DNA of 64,000 nt from Mustelus asterias (GCF_964213995.1 NC_135808.1:108500001-108564000), one strand, 5' to 3'. Shown: positions 50,141-62,680, numbered from the stretch's first letter. The notes: generated by a model not told the origin, from the letters alone. Program-made: numbers and translations.

Positions 50141-50697
50141 TGTGATAACACCCTTGAACTCCATGGGGAATCACTGATTGATCTCCCTGTGGGGTTCGTT
50201 GAGTACGAGTGCCCTTGGTAACAGGCAGTGGCCTGCCCAGCTGGAACTCATTACCTGAGCCTTTTATAAAGCAGGCCCAGGACTGGGCCTGCTGAATTGT
50301 AGTCCCAGGCAAGGACTAGTGTGTGTACACCACGATAAATTTAAGCTTATTTATTAGTATCACAAGTAGGCTTACATGGCTGTAATGAAGTTACTGTGAA
50401 AATCTCCTAGTTACCACACTCCGGTGCCTGTTTGGGTACACTCAGGGAGAATTTAGCATGGCCAATGCACCTTACCAGCATGTCTTTCGGACTGTGGGAG
50501 GAAGCCAGATCACCCGGAGGAAACTCACACGGATACGGGTAGAACATACAGACTCTCACAGACAATGACCCAACCCAGGAATCGAACCCGGGTCCCTGAT
50601 GCTGTGAGGCAGCAGTGCTAACCACTGTGCCACCGTGCTACTTTGCATTCTGTAATAAACTGTGTTTCTTTCCAGTCGGGCTTCCTGAGTCATTGCA
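50141..50697 (+). mobile_element. Solo LTR containing a V-SINE
   Basis: tgtgat...attgca ends; 5-bp TSD atacc (50136-50140 and 50698-50702); tataaa at ~50265; aataaa at ~50654. Confidence 0.8.
50340..50638 (-). mobile_element. V-SINE with the alternative tail
   Basis: Tail tttcacagtaacttcattac...cctacttgtgatactaataaa. Confidence 0.85.
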
Positions 50698-51410
50698 ATA
50701 CCTTTATCAACTCAGCCAGCAGGAGATAGTAGAAGGATCATGGCATGATGGTGGTTATTATTCAAGAAAAAAATACTACTGGAGTAGTTTCTCTCCACAG
50801 ATGCTGCCTGATCTGTTGAGAATTTTCCATTTTAATTTCAGATTTGCATATCTGGAGTATTTTGCTTCTGTAAAAATACAAAATACCTTGAGTGAATGAT
50901 TGTGTTGTTGCATATGCTTATCCAATTTTCCATTCTTTATCGCTATAATATTCGAACTTCCCATTCATTTTCCCCTATTAGTACAAAATAAACACAGTGA
51001 TGCTGCTGAAGTTCCCATGTGCCAACAAATGAGCGGTCTGTAGAGGCTGTTCTCAATGTCAGCTGGAAACCACAGATCTCTTGAGGTCACAGACTTCCTG
51101 CACAGCATTCCAGAGCACTACGCCTGTATTCATTATCAAGGGTGAGTGAACTATATGTCGGGTCACCATGATTCAACTACACACACCACCACTTTTTTGT
51201 AGGAGTGGGAACATGGCTGAATTTACTGCCTACTAAAGCAGAAGTGTTATGCTCAGTTGCGGCAGCCTTTTAAGTGCTGTGGTTGAGACCAATTAACTGA
51301 GAGTATGAAAATGTCCAGGTTCTCTCTGCCAACACTTGCCCCATTCACCATCAGGGATATAACGTAAAGTGCATTTCCTGGTATGACCATCAACACTATT
51401 TTAAGCGTGG

Positions 51411-52254
51411 CAACCTCAAACAGACCATTGTCCGCAGCAAACTACCCAGCCTTCAGGAGAACAGTGACCACGACACCACACAACCCTGCCACAGCAACCA
51501 CTGCAAGACATGCCGGATCATCGACACGGATGCCATCATCTCACGTGAGAACACAATCCACTAGGTACACGGTACATACTCTTGCAACTCGGCCAACATT
51601 GTCTACCTGATACGCTGCAGGAAAGGATGTCCCGAGGCATGGTACATTGGGGAAACCATGCAGATACTACGACAACGGATGAATGAACACCGCTCGACAA
51701 TCATCAGGCAAGACTGTTCTCTTCCTGTTGGGGAGCACTTCAGCGGTCACGGGCATTCGCCCTCTGATATTCGGGTAAGCATTCTCCAAGGCGGCCTTCA
51801 CAACACACGACAGCGCAGAGTCGCTGAGCAGAAACTGATAGCCAGGTTCCGCACACATGAGGACGGCCTCAACCGGATCTTGGGTTCATGTCACACTATC
51901 TGTAACTCCCACAACTTGCCTGGACTTGCAAATTCTCACTAGCTGTCCTGTCTGGAGACAATACACATCTCTAACCTGTGCTAATACTCTCTCCACTCAC
52001 ATTGTCTGTACCTTTAAGACTTGATTAGCTGTAAAGACTCGCATTCCAATCATTATTCATTATTCTGTAAATTAAGTTTGTGTCTTTATATGCCCTGTTT
52101 GCTGTTTATGAGCAGATCTCCCACTCACCTGACGAAGGAGCAGCGCTCCGAAAGCTAGTGGCGTTTGCTACCAAATAAACCTGTTGGACTTTAACCTGGT
52201 GTTGTTAGACTCCTTACTGTGTTTACCCCAGTCCAACGCCGGCATCTCCACATC
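51411..52254 (+). mobile_element. Penelope-like element, 5'-truncated (GIY-YIG endonuclease plus pLTR)
   Basis: PCHSNHCKTC (CCHH linker), NIVYLIRCRKGCPEAWYIGETMQ.LRQRMNEHR; one stop; ends ggcatctccacatc. Confidence 0.92.
52125..52161 (+). ncRNA. Minimal type I hammerhead ribozyme motif
   Basis: tcac-CTGACGA-A-ggagc agc gctcc-GAAA-gc-TA-gtgg. Confidence 0.78.
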
Positions 52255-52459
52255 CTGTAGGAACAGCAGGGGCCAAAGTGGCAGGAACTGGATCATTGCC
52301 ATCATTTTTACAAATTGCTTGTCGCAGCATCTGAGGTTTTGGTTAATCCTAAGGCAGCAGTCGTGGGCCAACAACACCCTCAACAGGGCTCATCACAGGG
52401 TATAAACCACTGTCTAGCCCACAGATGAGTTCTCAGTGAGCCCTCTGAAATAACCCAAA

Positions 52460-52745
52460 ATAAAAACAAAATATTATGGATGCTTGAAATTTGAAATAAA
52501 AAAACAGATAATGCTGGAATTCCTCAGCAAGTCTAGCAGCATCTGTGAAGAGAGAAGCAAAAGTTAATGGGGGGAGTGCTCCCGTCCCACCCGCCACGGG
52601 AATCGTAGCGGGCAGGGAGGAGGGGGAGGCCGGACCATGCAAAAGTCCCACCTCGGGTGGGATTCTCCAGTTTTGGGCCAAGCGTGGCCAGCAAATCCCA
52701 CTCGATGTTTCGAGTCCAACAGTGTCTTCTTCAGATCATCTCTAT
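52460..52745 (-). mobile_element. PLE 3' remnant (second family) split by a MITE (52570-52704)
   Basis: aatgctggaattcctcagcaagtctagcagcatctgtg...gttaatg|MITE|atgtttcgagtcc. Confidence 0.65.
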
Positions 52746-54374
52746 TGAACTTGAACACCTAGAATGAATAGAATGCATTTTAAATTGTTCACCGGGCACT
52801 ACAGCCATGTATGGCTACATTACGTGGGCAGCAGGTTACAGGGATGAAACAGTGTCCAATAAACTGTACCGTATGGCCTTCCCTCTGTGAAAAAAAATAT
52901 TTTTCTGACAAAGTGTCAGACATGCTGATATTTTCCAGCGTTTTCTGTTTTTGTTTTAGATTCCAGCATCCACAGTATTTTGCTTTTATCTTTTTTCTAT
53001 CTTGACACTGACTTGTGTCCTGAAACCTCCATCATGACAATGTTTTGAGGGACAATTGCTGCTTTAGTAGATCCTATATCCTCCGCAGTGCAAACAAATT
53101 ATGCACTTTTATGCAACTACCGATTTTAAAAAAATACACATCTTTAGTAGCTATACAATATTATGATGGGACTTTAAGCTAATATCAATCACATTATTAC
53201 ACTCTTCATTTATTGCCCTGTTGGCTTATAAGATAACACTGTCCCTTTAATATTTCAATCAATAGCTCATGTTATGTTTTTTGGTCAGATTGCATACCTC
53301 TTTGTGTGCCAAGCCCAAGTTGCACCTAGTTACCTTTAACAAGCACTTACTCATGGAGAAAGGGGGGAGAAAATATGAGAGCAAGTCAGCACAGGACACT
53401 CGTTTCGTGCAGACAAAAACAGTATCGTAAATCATTCTTGGCCCTTTCACTCCCACCTCCCTGCTTCCAGGTATGAAATAACTTTGGGAGGCAAATGGGA
53501 CAGGTCAGCACTCGCCCTCTCCGATGAAGCAATTGAGAACTCAGAAAACGAAATGAATAAGAGCCAGGGAAAATGAGCAATAATCATGCAAACATGTCAA
53601 TAGTCATAGAATATGCAACACTGCAACAACCTTCTGTTGTTCTTCCACATTTCAAACAAAGCAAGCGTCTAGGAATAGAAGAGCGGTGCTATGGTAATTC
53701 TGAATGTCATTTACATTCTAATTGCACAGTACAGTAACCACAGTCAAGTTACAATATCTTCAAGATGAACCTTTAGAACAGTGTCACTAAAGGCTGCAAA
53801 CAGCGTTTAACCTCTCAACCCACACACAGTCTGCTAGATAAAGAGCACTTGGTGCAACTGAGACTGCTCCTTGCCACTTTAAAGGCACATTGCAATCACT
53901 TCAATACCCACTGAGTATCTGCACCAAACATACCATCATACTCCCGAGTTTGATTTCTGCTCTGTGCTAAGTTAACCTGTGTAGGGAGCATTGTAATTGA
54001 CCTCAGTACCCCTAAGTTGGGAATGTGCTTTCTCTCTGGCCAGCTGATACTTCCTGCGGATATCTTCACATATGTGACGCCTCGTAACCTGAGAATATTC
54101 ACTGTAAAGCCATTCTCAAGGCTATATGCAGAATCTACCACATCTTCAAGGGAGCAGAAAATTTTAGCAGGGTAAAAATGGGATAATCCTGCCGCCATAG
54201 CAGCTCTGGTGACTCTGGAGCTCTGACCTTAACTTTCAGTATGGCCCAAACCATTCTAACACAGTGTGGCCCAAACCATTTTAACTCACAGGCCTCATAT
54301 GAATAAATTAGATCTGACTCCCAGCATTTGTGACATGGCACTGACTAGCAGGAATAGTTGCGCACAGGCATTGC

Positions 54375-55316
54375 AGGGAAGGCAGTGGCATAGTGGCATT
54401 GTCACTGGACAAGTAATGCAGAGAATGCTCTGGGGACCTGTGTTTGAATAGGGATGTTTTACTGCAATTGTGTAGGGTGTTGGTGAGGCCACACCTGGAG
54501 TATTGTGTGCAGTTTTGGTGTCCTTATCTGAGGAAAGATGGCCTTGCTATAGACGGAGTGCAACGAAGGTTTACCAGGCTGATTCCTGGGATGGCAGGTC
54601 TGACATATGAGAAGAGACTAAGTCGGTTAGGATTGTATTAATTGGAGTTCAAAAGAGTGAGAGGGGATCTTGCAGAAACTTATAAAATTCTACCAGGATT
54701 AGCCAGGGTAGATTCAGGACGAATGTTCCCGATGGTGGAGGAGTCCAGAACTAGGGATTGTAGTTTGAGGATAAGGGATAAACCTTTTAGGACTGAGGTG
54801 AGGAGAAATTTCTTCATCCAGAGAGTGATGAATCTGTGGAATTCACTACCACAGAAAGTAGTTGAGGCCAAAACTTTGTGTGGTTTCAAGAAGAAATTAG
54901 ATATAGCTCTTGGGGCTAAAGGGATCAAGGGATGGGGGGGAAGGCAAGATCTAGATATTGAATTTGATGATCAGCCATCATCAAAATAAATGATGGAGCA
55001 AGCTCGAAGGGCCAATTGGCCTACTCCTGCTTCTATTTTCTATGTTTCTATGAATCCCACCATGGTTGATGATGAAATTTGATTTCAATAAAAATCAGGA
55101 ATTATAAGTCTAATGACGACCATGAAACCATTGTCGTTAAAAAACATCTGGTTCACTAATGTCCTTTAGGGAAGGAAATCTGCCGTCCTTACCTGGTGTG
55201 ACCTACATGTGACTCCAGATCCACAGCAACGTGATTGGCTCTTAAATGTCTCAGGGATGGACAATAGATGCTGGCCCAGCCAGCGACGCCCACATCCCAT
55301 GAACAATTGAAGAAAA
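54375..55316 (+). mobile_element. SINE family B split by a CR1 insertion
   Basis: Head 54375-54449, remainder 55051-55316. Confidence 0.75.
54450..55050 (+). mobile_element. CR1 3' fragment with TSD tgaat
   Basis: RDVLLQL.R.LVRPHLEYCVQFW...WNSLPQ; tail ctatgtttcta. Confidence 0.88.
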
Positions 55317-55587
55317 CAGTACCCTGACCCCAACCCCAATTTGGTTTCCCTTGGGTCTTTCTCAGCTGGATGTTCCTTACAAACTGAACCCCATTTTTAA
55401 CTCCCTTCACCTGATGAGAACTAAGCAGACAGGAGAGTTAAAAAATAGACAGTAAATCCGCAATGCACATCTGCTCCATGTCATTTGAACAGGCATGATT
55501 CAGGCAGTGTGTGAGTTTCCCACTCCAGTCAGGCAATAGGCTCATTAAGATATCATGATGATGTTGCTCAGACCTAAACAACATTTG

Positions 55588-55876
55588 GCTGTCATGGTAG
55601 CACAGTGGTTAGCACTGCTGCCTCACAGTACCAGGAACCCAGGTTCAATTTCCAGCTTCGGTCACTGTCTGTATGGAGTTTGCACATTCTCCCTGTGTCT
55701 CCGGGTGCTCCGGTTTCCTCCCACAGATCAAAAGACATGCATTGGCCATGCTAAATTCTCCCTCAGTGTACCCAAACAGGCCCTGGAGTTTGGCAACTAG
55801 GGGATTTTCACAGTAACCTCATTGCAGCATTAATGTAAGCCTACTTGTGACACTAATAAATAAACTTTTAAAACTT
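55588..55876 (+). mobile_element. V-SINE with the alternative tail
   Basis: Tail ggattttcacagtaacctcattgcagcattaatgtaagcctacttgtgacactaataaataaac. Confidence 0.85.
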
Positions 55877-55989
55877 ATTTAAAATTTGCACCAACATCAA
55901 CTCAGTGCTGTCCTGGGGAGATTCACACTGTGTGATGTGACTGTTATTTGCTACGGGGTTCAGATTCCTTTTGCTGCTATTGTCAATTC

Positions 55990-56670
55990 ATAGAATAGAA
56001 TAGAACAGTACAGCACAGAACAGGCCCTTCGGCCCACGATGTTGTGCCGAGCTTTATCTGAAACCAAGATCAAGCTATCCCACTCCCTATCATCCTGGTG
56101 TGCTCCATGTGCCTATCCAATAACCGCTTAAATGTTTCTAAAGTGTCTGACTCCACTATCACTGCAGGCAGTCCATTCCACACCCCAACCACTCTCTGCG
56201 TAAAGAACCTACCTCTGATATCCGTCCTGTATCTCCCACCACGAACCCTATAGTTATGCCCCCTTGTAATAGCTCCATCCACCCGAGGAAATAGTCTTTG
56301 AACGTTCACTCTATCTATCCCCTTCATCATTTTATACACCTCTATTAAGTCTCCCCTCAGCCTCCTCCGCTCCAGAGAGAACAGTCCTAGCTCCCTCAAC
56401 CTTTCCTCATATGACCTACCCTCCAAACCAGGCAGCATCCTGGTAAATCTCCTCTGCACTCTTTCCAGCGCTTCCACATCCTTCTTATAGTGAGGTGACC
56501 AGAACTGCACACAATATTCCAAATGTGGTCTCACCAAGGTCCTGTACAGTTGCAGCATAACCCCACGGCTCTTAAACTCCAACCCCCTGTTAATAAAAGC
56601 TAACACGCTATAGGCCTTCTTCACAGCTCTATCCACTTGACTGGCAACCTTTAGAGATCTGTGGATATGG
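55990..56670 (-). mobile_element. CR1 3' fragment, young
   Basis: HIHRSLKVASQVDRAVKKAY...WNGLP open frame; (tattc)n tail. Confidence 0.9.
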
Positions 56671-57119
56671 AACTTCCATAACTGATGAACAAATCTTTTT
56701 AGCCAGACAAATGTTGCTAACATTGCATGGAGCTCTTTCCTGCCACAAGTGATGGCCTTATCTTCAGCCCATAAAGAAAGAAAAACAAGAAGCAAATAGC
56801 AACTGAATCCAAAAATAAACATCTGCACTTACTTAAAAAAAAAAATCAGGCTATACATTGTGAGCTGGCTGTCAAATTCCACCACTCCCAGAAAAACAGT
56901 AGGTAACAAAACTCCCACTCTGCCATGTCTGAGACAACTCCTCATACCACAAACCAAACCCATTGCCAATTATAGATTGCTTACAATTCACATCTCTCTG
57001 TGGTTCCATGCAAATAATTCCTAAAATAATGTAAAATCCCCAAAAATACCAGCAATTAATGGAAAATAGAACTCGCAGACAAAACTGAATGAGAACAGGG
57101 CATTTTCATTCATGAGCTT

Positions 57120-57450
57120 CTTAGACCATAAGATGTAGGAGCAGGAGCAGGCTAACGGGCCCATCGAGCCTGCTCTGCCATTCAATGAGATCATGACTGA
57201 CGTGATATGATAATCCTCCACTTTCCTACCTTACCCCATGACATTTAATTCTCTCACTGATTAAAAATCTATCGCAACCTTGATCATACTTGATGATCCA
57301 GCCTCTGCAGCCCTCAGCAGTAAAGAATTCCACAGTTTCACTATCCTCTGAGAGAAGAAATTCCTCCTCATCTCTGTCTTAAATGGTGAATCCATACTCT
57401 GAGATTATGCCCTCTGGTCCTAGACTCTCCTACAAGAGGAAACAACCTCT
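57120..57450 (-). mobile_element. CR1 3' fragment
   Basis: RRNFFSQRIVKLWNSL on the minus strand. Confidence 0.8.
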
Positions 57451-57451
57451 T

Positions 57452-57712
57452 AAAGTTTGAGTTTAAAGTTTATTTATTAGTGTCACAAGTAGGCTTACAT
57501 TAACACTGCAATGAAGTTACTGTGAAAATCCCCTAGTCGCCGCACTCCGGCGCCTGTTCGAATTACACTGAGGGAGAATTTAGTATGGCCAATGCACCTA
57601 ACCAGCATGTCTTTGGACTGTGGGAGGAAACTGGAGCACCCGGAGAAAACTCACGGAGACACAGGGAGAACGTGCAGACACAGGGAGAACGTGCAGACTC
57701 CGCACAGACAGT
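57452..57712 (-). mobile_element. V-SINE with the alternative tail, 5'-truncated
   Basis: Same tail; 19-bp internal tandem duplication. Confidence 0.8.
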
Positions 57713-57764
57713 GGCCTATAAACAAGATATCTGTTGCTGTCAAACCATGCAAATCCAGCATTTG

Positions 57765-59042
57765 TTCCCTTCCCTTCCATTCGATAAGGTACCACACAAA
57801 AGGCTGCTGAATAAAATAAGAGCCCACAGTGTTCGGGGTCTTCTATTAGCATGGTAGAAGATTGGATAACTAACACAAGACCGAGAGATGGAATAAGAGG
57901 GGCATTCTCAGGATGGCATCATGCAAATATTGGAGTACCATTGAGAACAGTGCTGGGGCCACAAATATTTACAACGGCCAGAATTTTCCAGTCTCATGCG
58001 CTCCGCTACCACTGCTAACTCAATCAAATCTCCTTTCACAGCAGCGGGACTGGACAATCCCAGCCATAGGCAAGGTAGGAGAATTCCAGCCAACATATAT
58101 TAATGCCTTGGATGAGGGAAGTGAATATACGATTGCCAAGTTTGCAGATGACGCAAAAATAGGTGGGAAGGCAAGTTGTGGGGATGACACAAAGTGTCTA
58201 TAGAGGGATATAGACAGGTGAGTGGGCAAAAACTTGGCAGATGGAATATAATGTAGGAAAATGTGAAGTTATGCACTTTGATAGGAAGAATAAAGGAACT
58301 GAATATTACTTAAATACAGATAAACTGCAGAAAGCTGTAACTCAGAGTGACTTGGGGTTTCTTGTGCATAATTCACAAAAAGCTTGCATGCAAGTTCAGC
58401 AGGTACTAGGGAAGGCAAATGGAATGAAAGCCTTTATTTCAAAGGGAATAGAGTATAACAATAGGGAGGTCTTGCTAAACTATATAAAGCACTCGTTAGA
58501 CCACATCTGTAACTCTGTGAACTGTTTTGGTCCCCTTAACTAAGAAAAGATATACTGGCATTGAAGGCAGTCCAGAGAAGGTTCACTAGGTTGATCCCAG
58601 GTATGGAGGGGTTTTCTTATGAGGAGAGATTGAGCAGGTTAGGCCTGTACTCATTGGAGTTGAGAAGAATGAGAGGTGACCTTATTAAGATATATAGGAT
58701 TCTCGGGGGGCTTGACAGGGTAGATACTGAGAAGTTGTTTCCCCTTATGGGACAGTCTAGGAAAAGGGCCATAACCACAGAGTAAGGCAGAGATGAGGAG
58801 GAATTTCTTCCCTCAGAGGATAGTGAACCTGTGGAATTCTTTACCACAGAAGGTTGTAGAGGCTGGATCGTTAAATATATTCAAGGCTGAGATTAATCAG
58901 TCAGGGAATCAAGGGTTATGGGGATTAGGTGGGAAAGTGGAGTTGAGGTTTATCATATCAGATCAGTCATATCATGAATGGCGGAGCAGACGCGATGGGC
59001 TGAATGGCCTTCTTCTGCTCCTACATCTTTCGGTCTTATGAT
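57765..59042 (+). mobile_element. Older CR1 RT region with an inserted MITE (~57976-58091)
   Basis: FDKVPHKRLL, AKFADDAKIGG, QRRFTRLIPGM; frameshifted. Confidence 0.85.
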
Positions 59043-59612
59043 CTAATTCCCCTTGAGAAGGTGATGGTGAGCGGCCTTCTTGAACTCCTGCAACACTTTG
59101 TTGTAGGTGCATCCCATTGCACTGTTAGGGGGGGAGTTCCATGATTTTGACCCAGTGGCAGTGAATGTGATTCCCAGTTAAGATGATATCTTTTCTGTCT
59201 GTGGCCAGACAGATTGAGCGGCTATCTGACTGTCAGGTGGGTAGGCCTATGACACCTGACCACAGCTGGGAGCAAAGGTGGGAACAAGAGATTGGGGCTG
59301 GAGAGGGTTCATGGATGGGAACTGGGGAGGCTATCTCTTGAGGGTGAATAGAGTGATCGAGGGAGGAGAGGAGATCTCTGTAGGCCAGTGCAGGCCGTGG
59401 CTGGAGGGAGGATGGGTTTTGGGAGGAGATCGCAGATCATGGAGGGCACTGAGGGGGCATCAGATCTTGGAAGGATGACATCTGATTGCCATGGAGGTCT
59501 GTTTAATAGAAAGTGGGGCAAAACATTCTGTTCCTCCTGGCCCACAAGCATTACTGCAAAAGCACTTGCCTTTCCCATACAGTACTCCTTGCCTCGCTTT
59601 AGCTGCTGCATA

Positions 59613-59951
59613 TGGGCGGCACGGTAGCACAGTGGTTAGCACTGCTGCTTCTCAGCTCCAGGGACCTGGGTTCGAATCCCGGCTCGGGTCGCTGTCTGTG
59701 TGGAGTTTGCACATTCTCCCTGTGTCTGCGTGGGTTTCCTCCGGGTGCTCCGGTTTCCTCCCACAGTCCAAAGATGTGTGGGCTAGCTTGATTGGCCATT
59801 CTAAATTGCCCCTTAGTGTCCCGGGATGCATAAGTTAGAGGGGTTAGTGGGTAAATATGTAGGGATATGTGGATAGGGCCTGGGTGGGATTGTGGTTGGT
59901 GCAGACTCGATGGGCCGAATGGCCTCTTTCTGCACTGTAGGATTCTATGAT
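59613..59951 (+). mobile_element. HE1-like V-SINE
   Basis: Matches the family. Confidence 0.92.
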
Positions 59952-59952
59952 A

Positions 59953-62478
59953 TAGAGTCACAGAGTAGGAGAGGTTTACAGCATGGAAACAGGCCCTTTG
60001 GCCCAACTTGTCCATGCCGTCCAGCTTTTACCATTAAGCTTGTCCCAATTGCCCGTGTTTGGCCCATATCCCTCTAGAAATCATATCATCATAGAAACCC
60101 TACAGTGCAGAAGGAGGCCATTCGGCCCATCGAGTCTGCACCGACCACAATCCCACCCAGGCCCTACCCCCACATATTTACCTGCTAATCCCTCTAACCT
60201 ACTCATCTCAGGACTCTAAGGGGCAATTTTTAACCTGGCCAATCAACCTAACCCGCACATCTTTGGACTGTGGGAGGAAACCGGAGCACCTGGAGGAAAC
60301 CCACGCAGACACGAGGAGAATGTGCAAACTCCACACAGACAGTGACCCAAGCCGGGAATCGAACACAGGTCCCTGGAGCTGTGAAGCAGCAGTGCTAACC
60401 ACTGTGCTACCGTGCCGCCAATCTATACCAATCTTACCCATGCAACTGTTTAAATGTTTTTTAAAAGACAAAATTGTACCCACCTCTACTACTACCTCTG
60501 GCAGCTCGTTCCAGACACTCACCACCCTCTATGTGAAAACATTGCCCCTCTGGACCCTTTTGTATCTCTCCCCTCTCACCTTAAACCTACGCCCTCTAGT
60601 TTTAGATGTTGACTATCTACCTTATCTATGCCCCTCATTACTTTATAGATCTCTATAAGATCACCCCTAAGCCTCCTACACTCCAGGGAAAAAAGTCCCA
60701 GTCTACCCAACCTCTCTTTATAACTCAAACCATCAAGTCCCGGTAGCATCCTAGTAAATCTTTTCTGGACACTTTCTGGTTTAATAGTATCCTTTCTATA
60801 GTAGAGTGACCAGAACTGTACACAATATTCCAAGTGTGGCCTTACCAATGTCTTGTACAACTTCAACAAGACGTCCCAGCTCCTGTATTCAATGTTCTGA
60901 CCAATGAAACCAAGCATGCCGAATGCCTTCTTCACCACCCTGTCCACCTGTGACTCCACGTTCAAGGAGCTATGAACCTGTACCCCTAGATCTCTTTGTT
61001 CTACAACTTCCCCCAATGCTCTACCATTAACTGAGTAAGTCCTGCCCTGGTTCAATCTACCAAAATGCATCACCTCACATTTATCTAAATTAAACTCCAT
61101 CTGCCATTTATCAGCCCACTGGCCCAATTGATCAAGATCCCAATACAATCCTAGATAACTTCCTTTGCTCTCCACTATGCCACCAATCTTGGTGTCATCT
61201 GCAAACTTATTAACCATGCCTCCTAAATTTTCATCCAAATCATTAATATAAATGACAAATAACAATGGACCCAGCACCGATCCCTGAGGCACACTACTGG
61301 TCACAGGCCTTCAGTTTGAAAAACAACCCTCTACAATCACCCTCTGTCTTCTGTCATCAAGACAATTTTGTATCCAATTGGCTACCTCACCCTGGATCCT
61401 GTGAGATTTAACCTGATGCAATAACCTACCACGTGGTACCTTGTCAACGGCCTTACTAAAATCCATGTAGACAACATCGACTGCACTGCCCTCATCTACC
61501 TTCTTGGTTACTCCTTCAAAAAACTCAATCAAATTCGTGAGACATGATTTTCCATTCACAAAGCCATGCTGACTGTCCCTAATCAGTCTTTGCCTCTCTA
61601 AATGCCTGTAGATCCTGTCTCTCAGAATACCTTCTAACAACTTACCCACTACAGATGTTAGGTTCAGCGGCCTGTAGTTCCCAGGTTTTTCCCTGCGGCC
61701 CATCTTGAACAAAGGCACAATATTTGCCACTCTCCAATCTTCAGGCACCTCACCTGTGGCTGTCGATGATTCAAATATCTCTGCTAGGGGACAGCAATTT
61801 CCTCCCTAGCTTCCCACAACATCCTGGGATACACGTTATCAGGTCCTGGGGATTTATTTACCTTGATGCACTTTAAGACTTCCAGCACCTCCTTCTCTGT
61901 AATATGTACACTTCTCAAGATATCACAATTTATTTCCCCAATTTCTCTGACATCCATGCCTTTCTCAACAGTAAATACTGATGAGAAATATTCATTTAGG
62001 ATCTCACCCATTACTTGTGGATCTGCGCATAGATGACCTTGTTGAGAGGCCCTATTCACTCTCTAATTACTCTTTTGCCCTTTATGTATTTGTAGAAGCT
62101 CTTTAGATTCTCCTTTGACTAATCTGCCAAAGAAATCGTGTCCCCTGTTTGCCCTCCTGATTTCTCTCTTAACTCTACTCCGACACCCTCTAAACTCTTC
62201 AAGGGATCCACTTGATCCCAGCTGCCTATGTATGTCATATGCCTCCTTCTTCTTTTTGACCAGGGCTTCAATATCTCGAGTCATCCAGAGTTCCCAACTT
62301 CTACCAGCCTTGCCCTTCACTCTAAAAGGAATGTTCTTACCCTGAACTCTGATTAACACACTTTGAGAGCCTCCCACTTATCAGAGGTCCCTTTGCCTGC
62401 CAACAGACTCCCCCAATCAATTTTTGAAAGTTCCTGCCTAATACCATTGAAATTAGGCTTGCCCCAGTTTAGAACTTA
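59953..62478 (-). mobile_element. CR1 LINE, 5'-truncated and frameshifted, split by a V-SINE in its 3' region
   Basis: ORFs 62063-62377, 61784-62059, 61311-61748 and 60576-61304 are collinear ORF2 pieces (PQGSVLGP, FADD). Confidence 0.92.
60077..60419 (-). mobile_element. HE1-like V-SINE, young
   Basis: Matches the family; flanked by tcta on both sides (approximate TSD). Confidence 0.92.
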
Positions 62479-62553
62479 AATGTTTTGATCCACAGGTCCA
62501 GGATGCTCAGCAGGCCAGTGTTAAAGCTGGAGTTGAGAAAGAAACTGGTCTGA

Positions 62554-62680
62554 CCGCCGGAATTCTACCGCCTCGCCCGACACAGAATCGGAGCGGGCGA
62601 CGGGTGGACAACGGAAATGTCCATTGACCTTGGACGGGAATTTCTGGTCTCGCTTGAGCGGGGCTGTTAAAATCCCAGCC
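62554..62680. mobile_element. Short Harbinger-like MITE
   Basis: gccggaattctaccgcctcgcccg...aaaatcccagcc. Confidence 0.6.

Noticed and set aside
54242-54290. ~25-bp tandem duplication tggcccaaaccatt.taac.caca
   Set aside because: Ordinary slippage duplication with two units, not an array
56671-56828. Signal-peptide-like start (MQMFIFGFSCYLLLVFLSLWA) fused to a CR1 C-terminus
   Set aside because: Uses a non-ATG start in AT-rich flank and is most likely a chance in-frame fusion at the 5' truncation point
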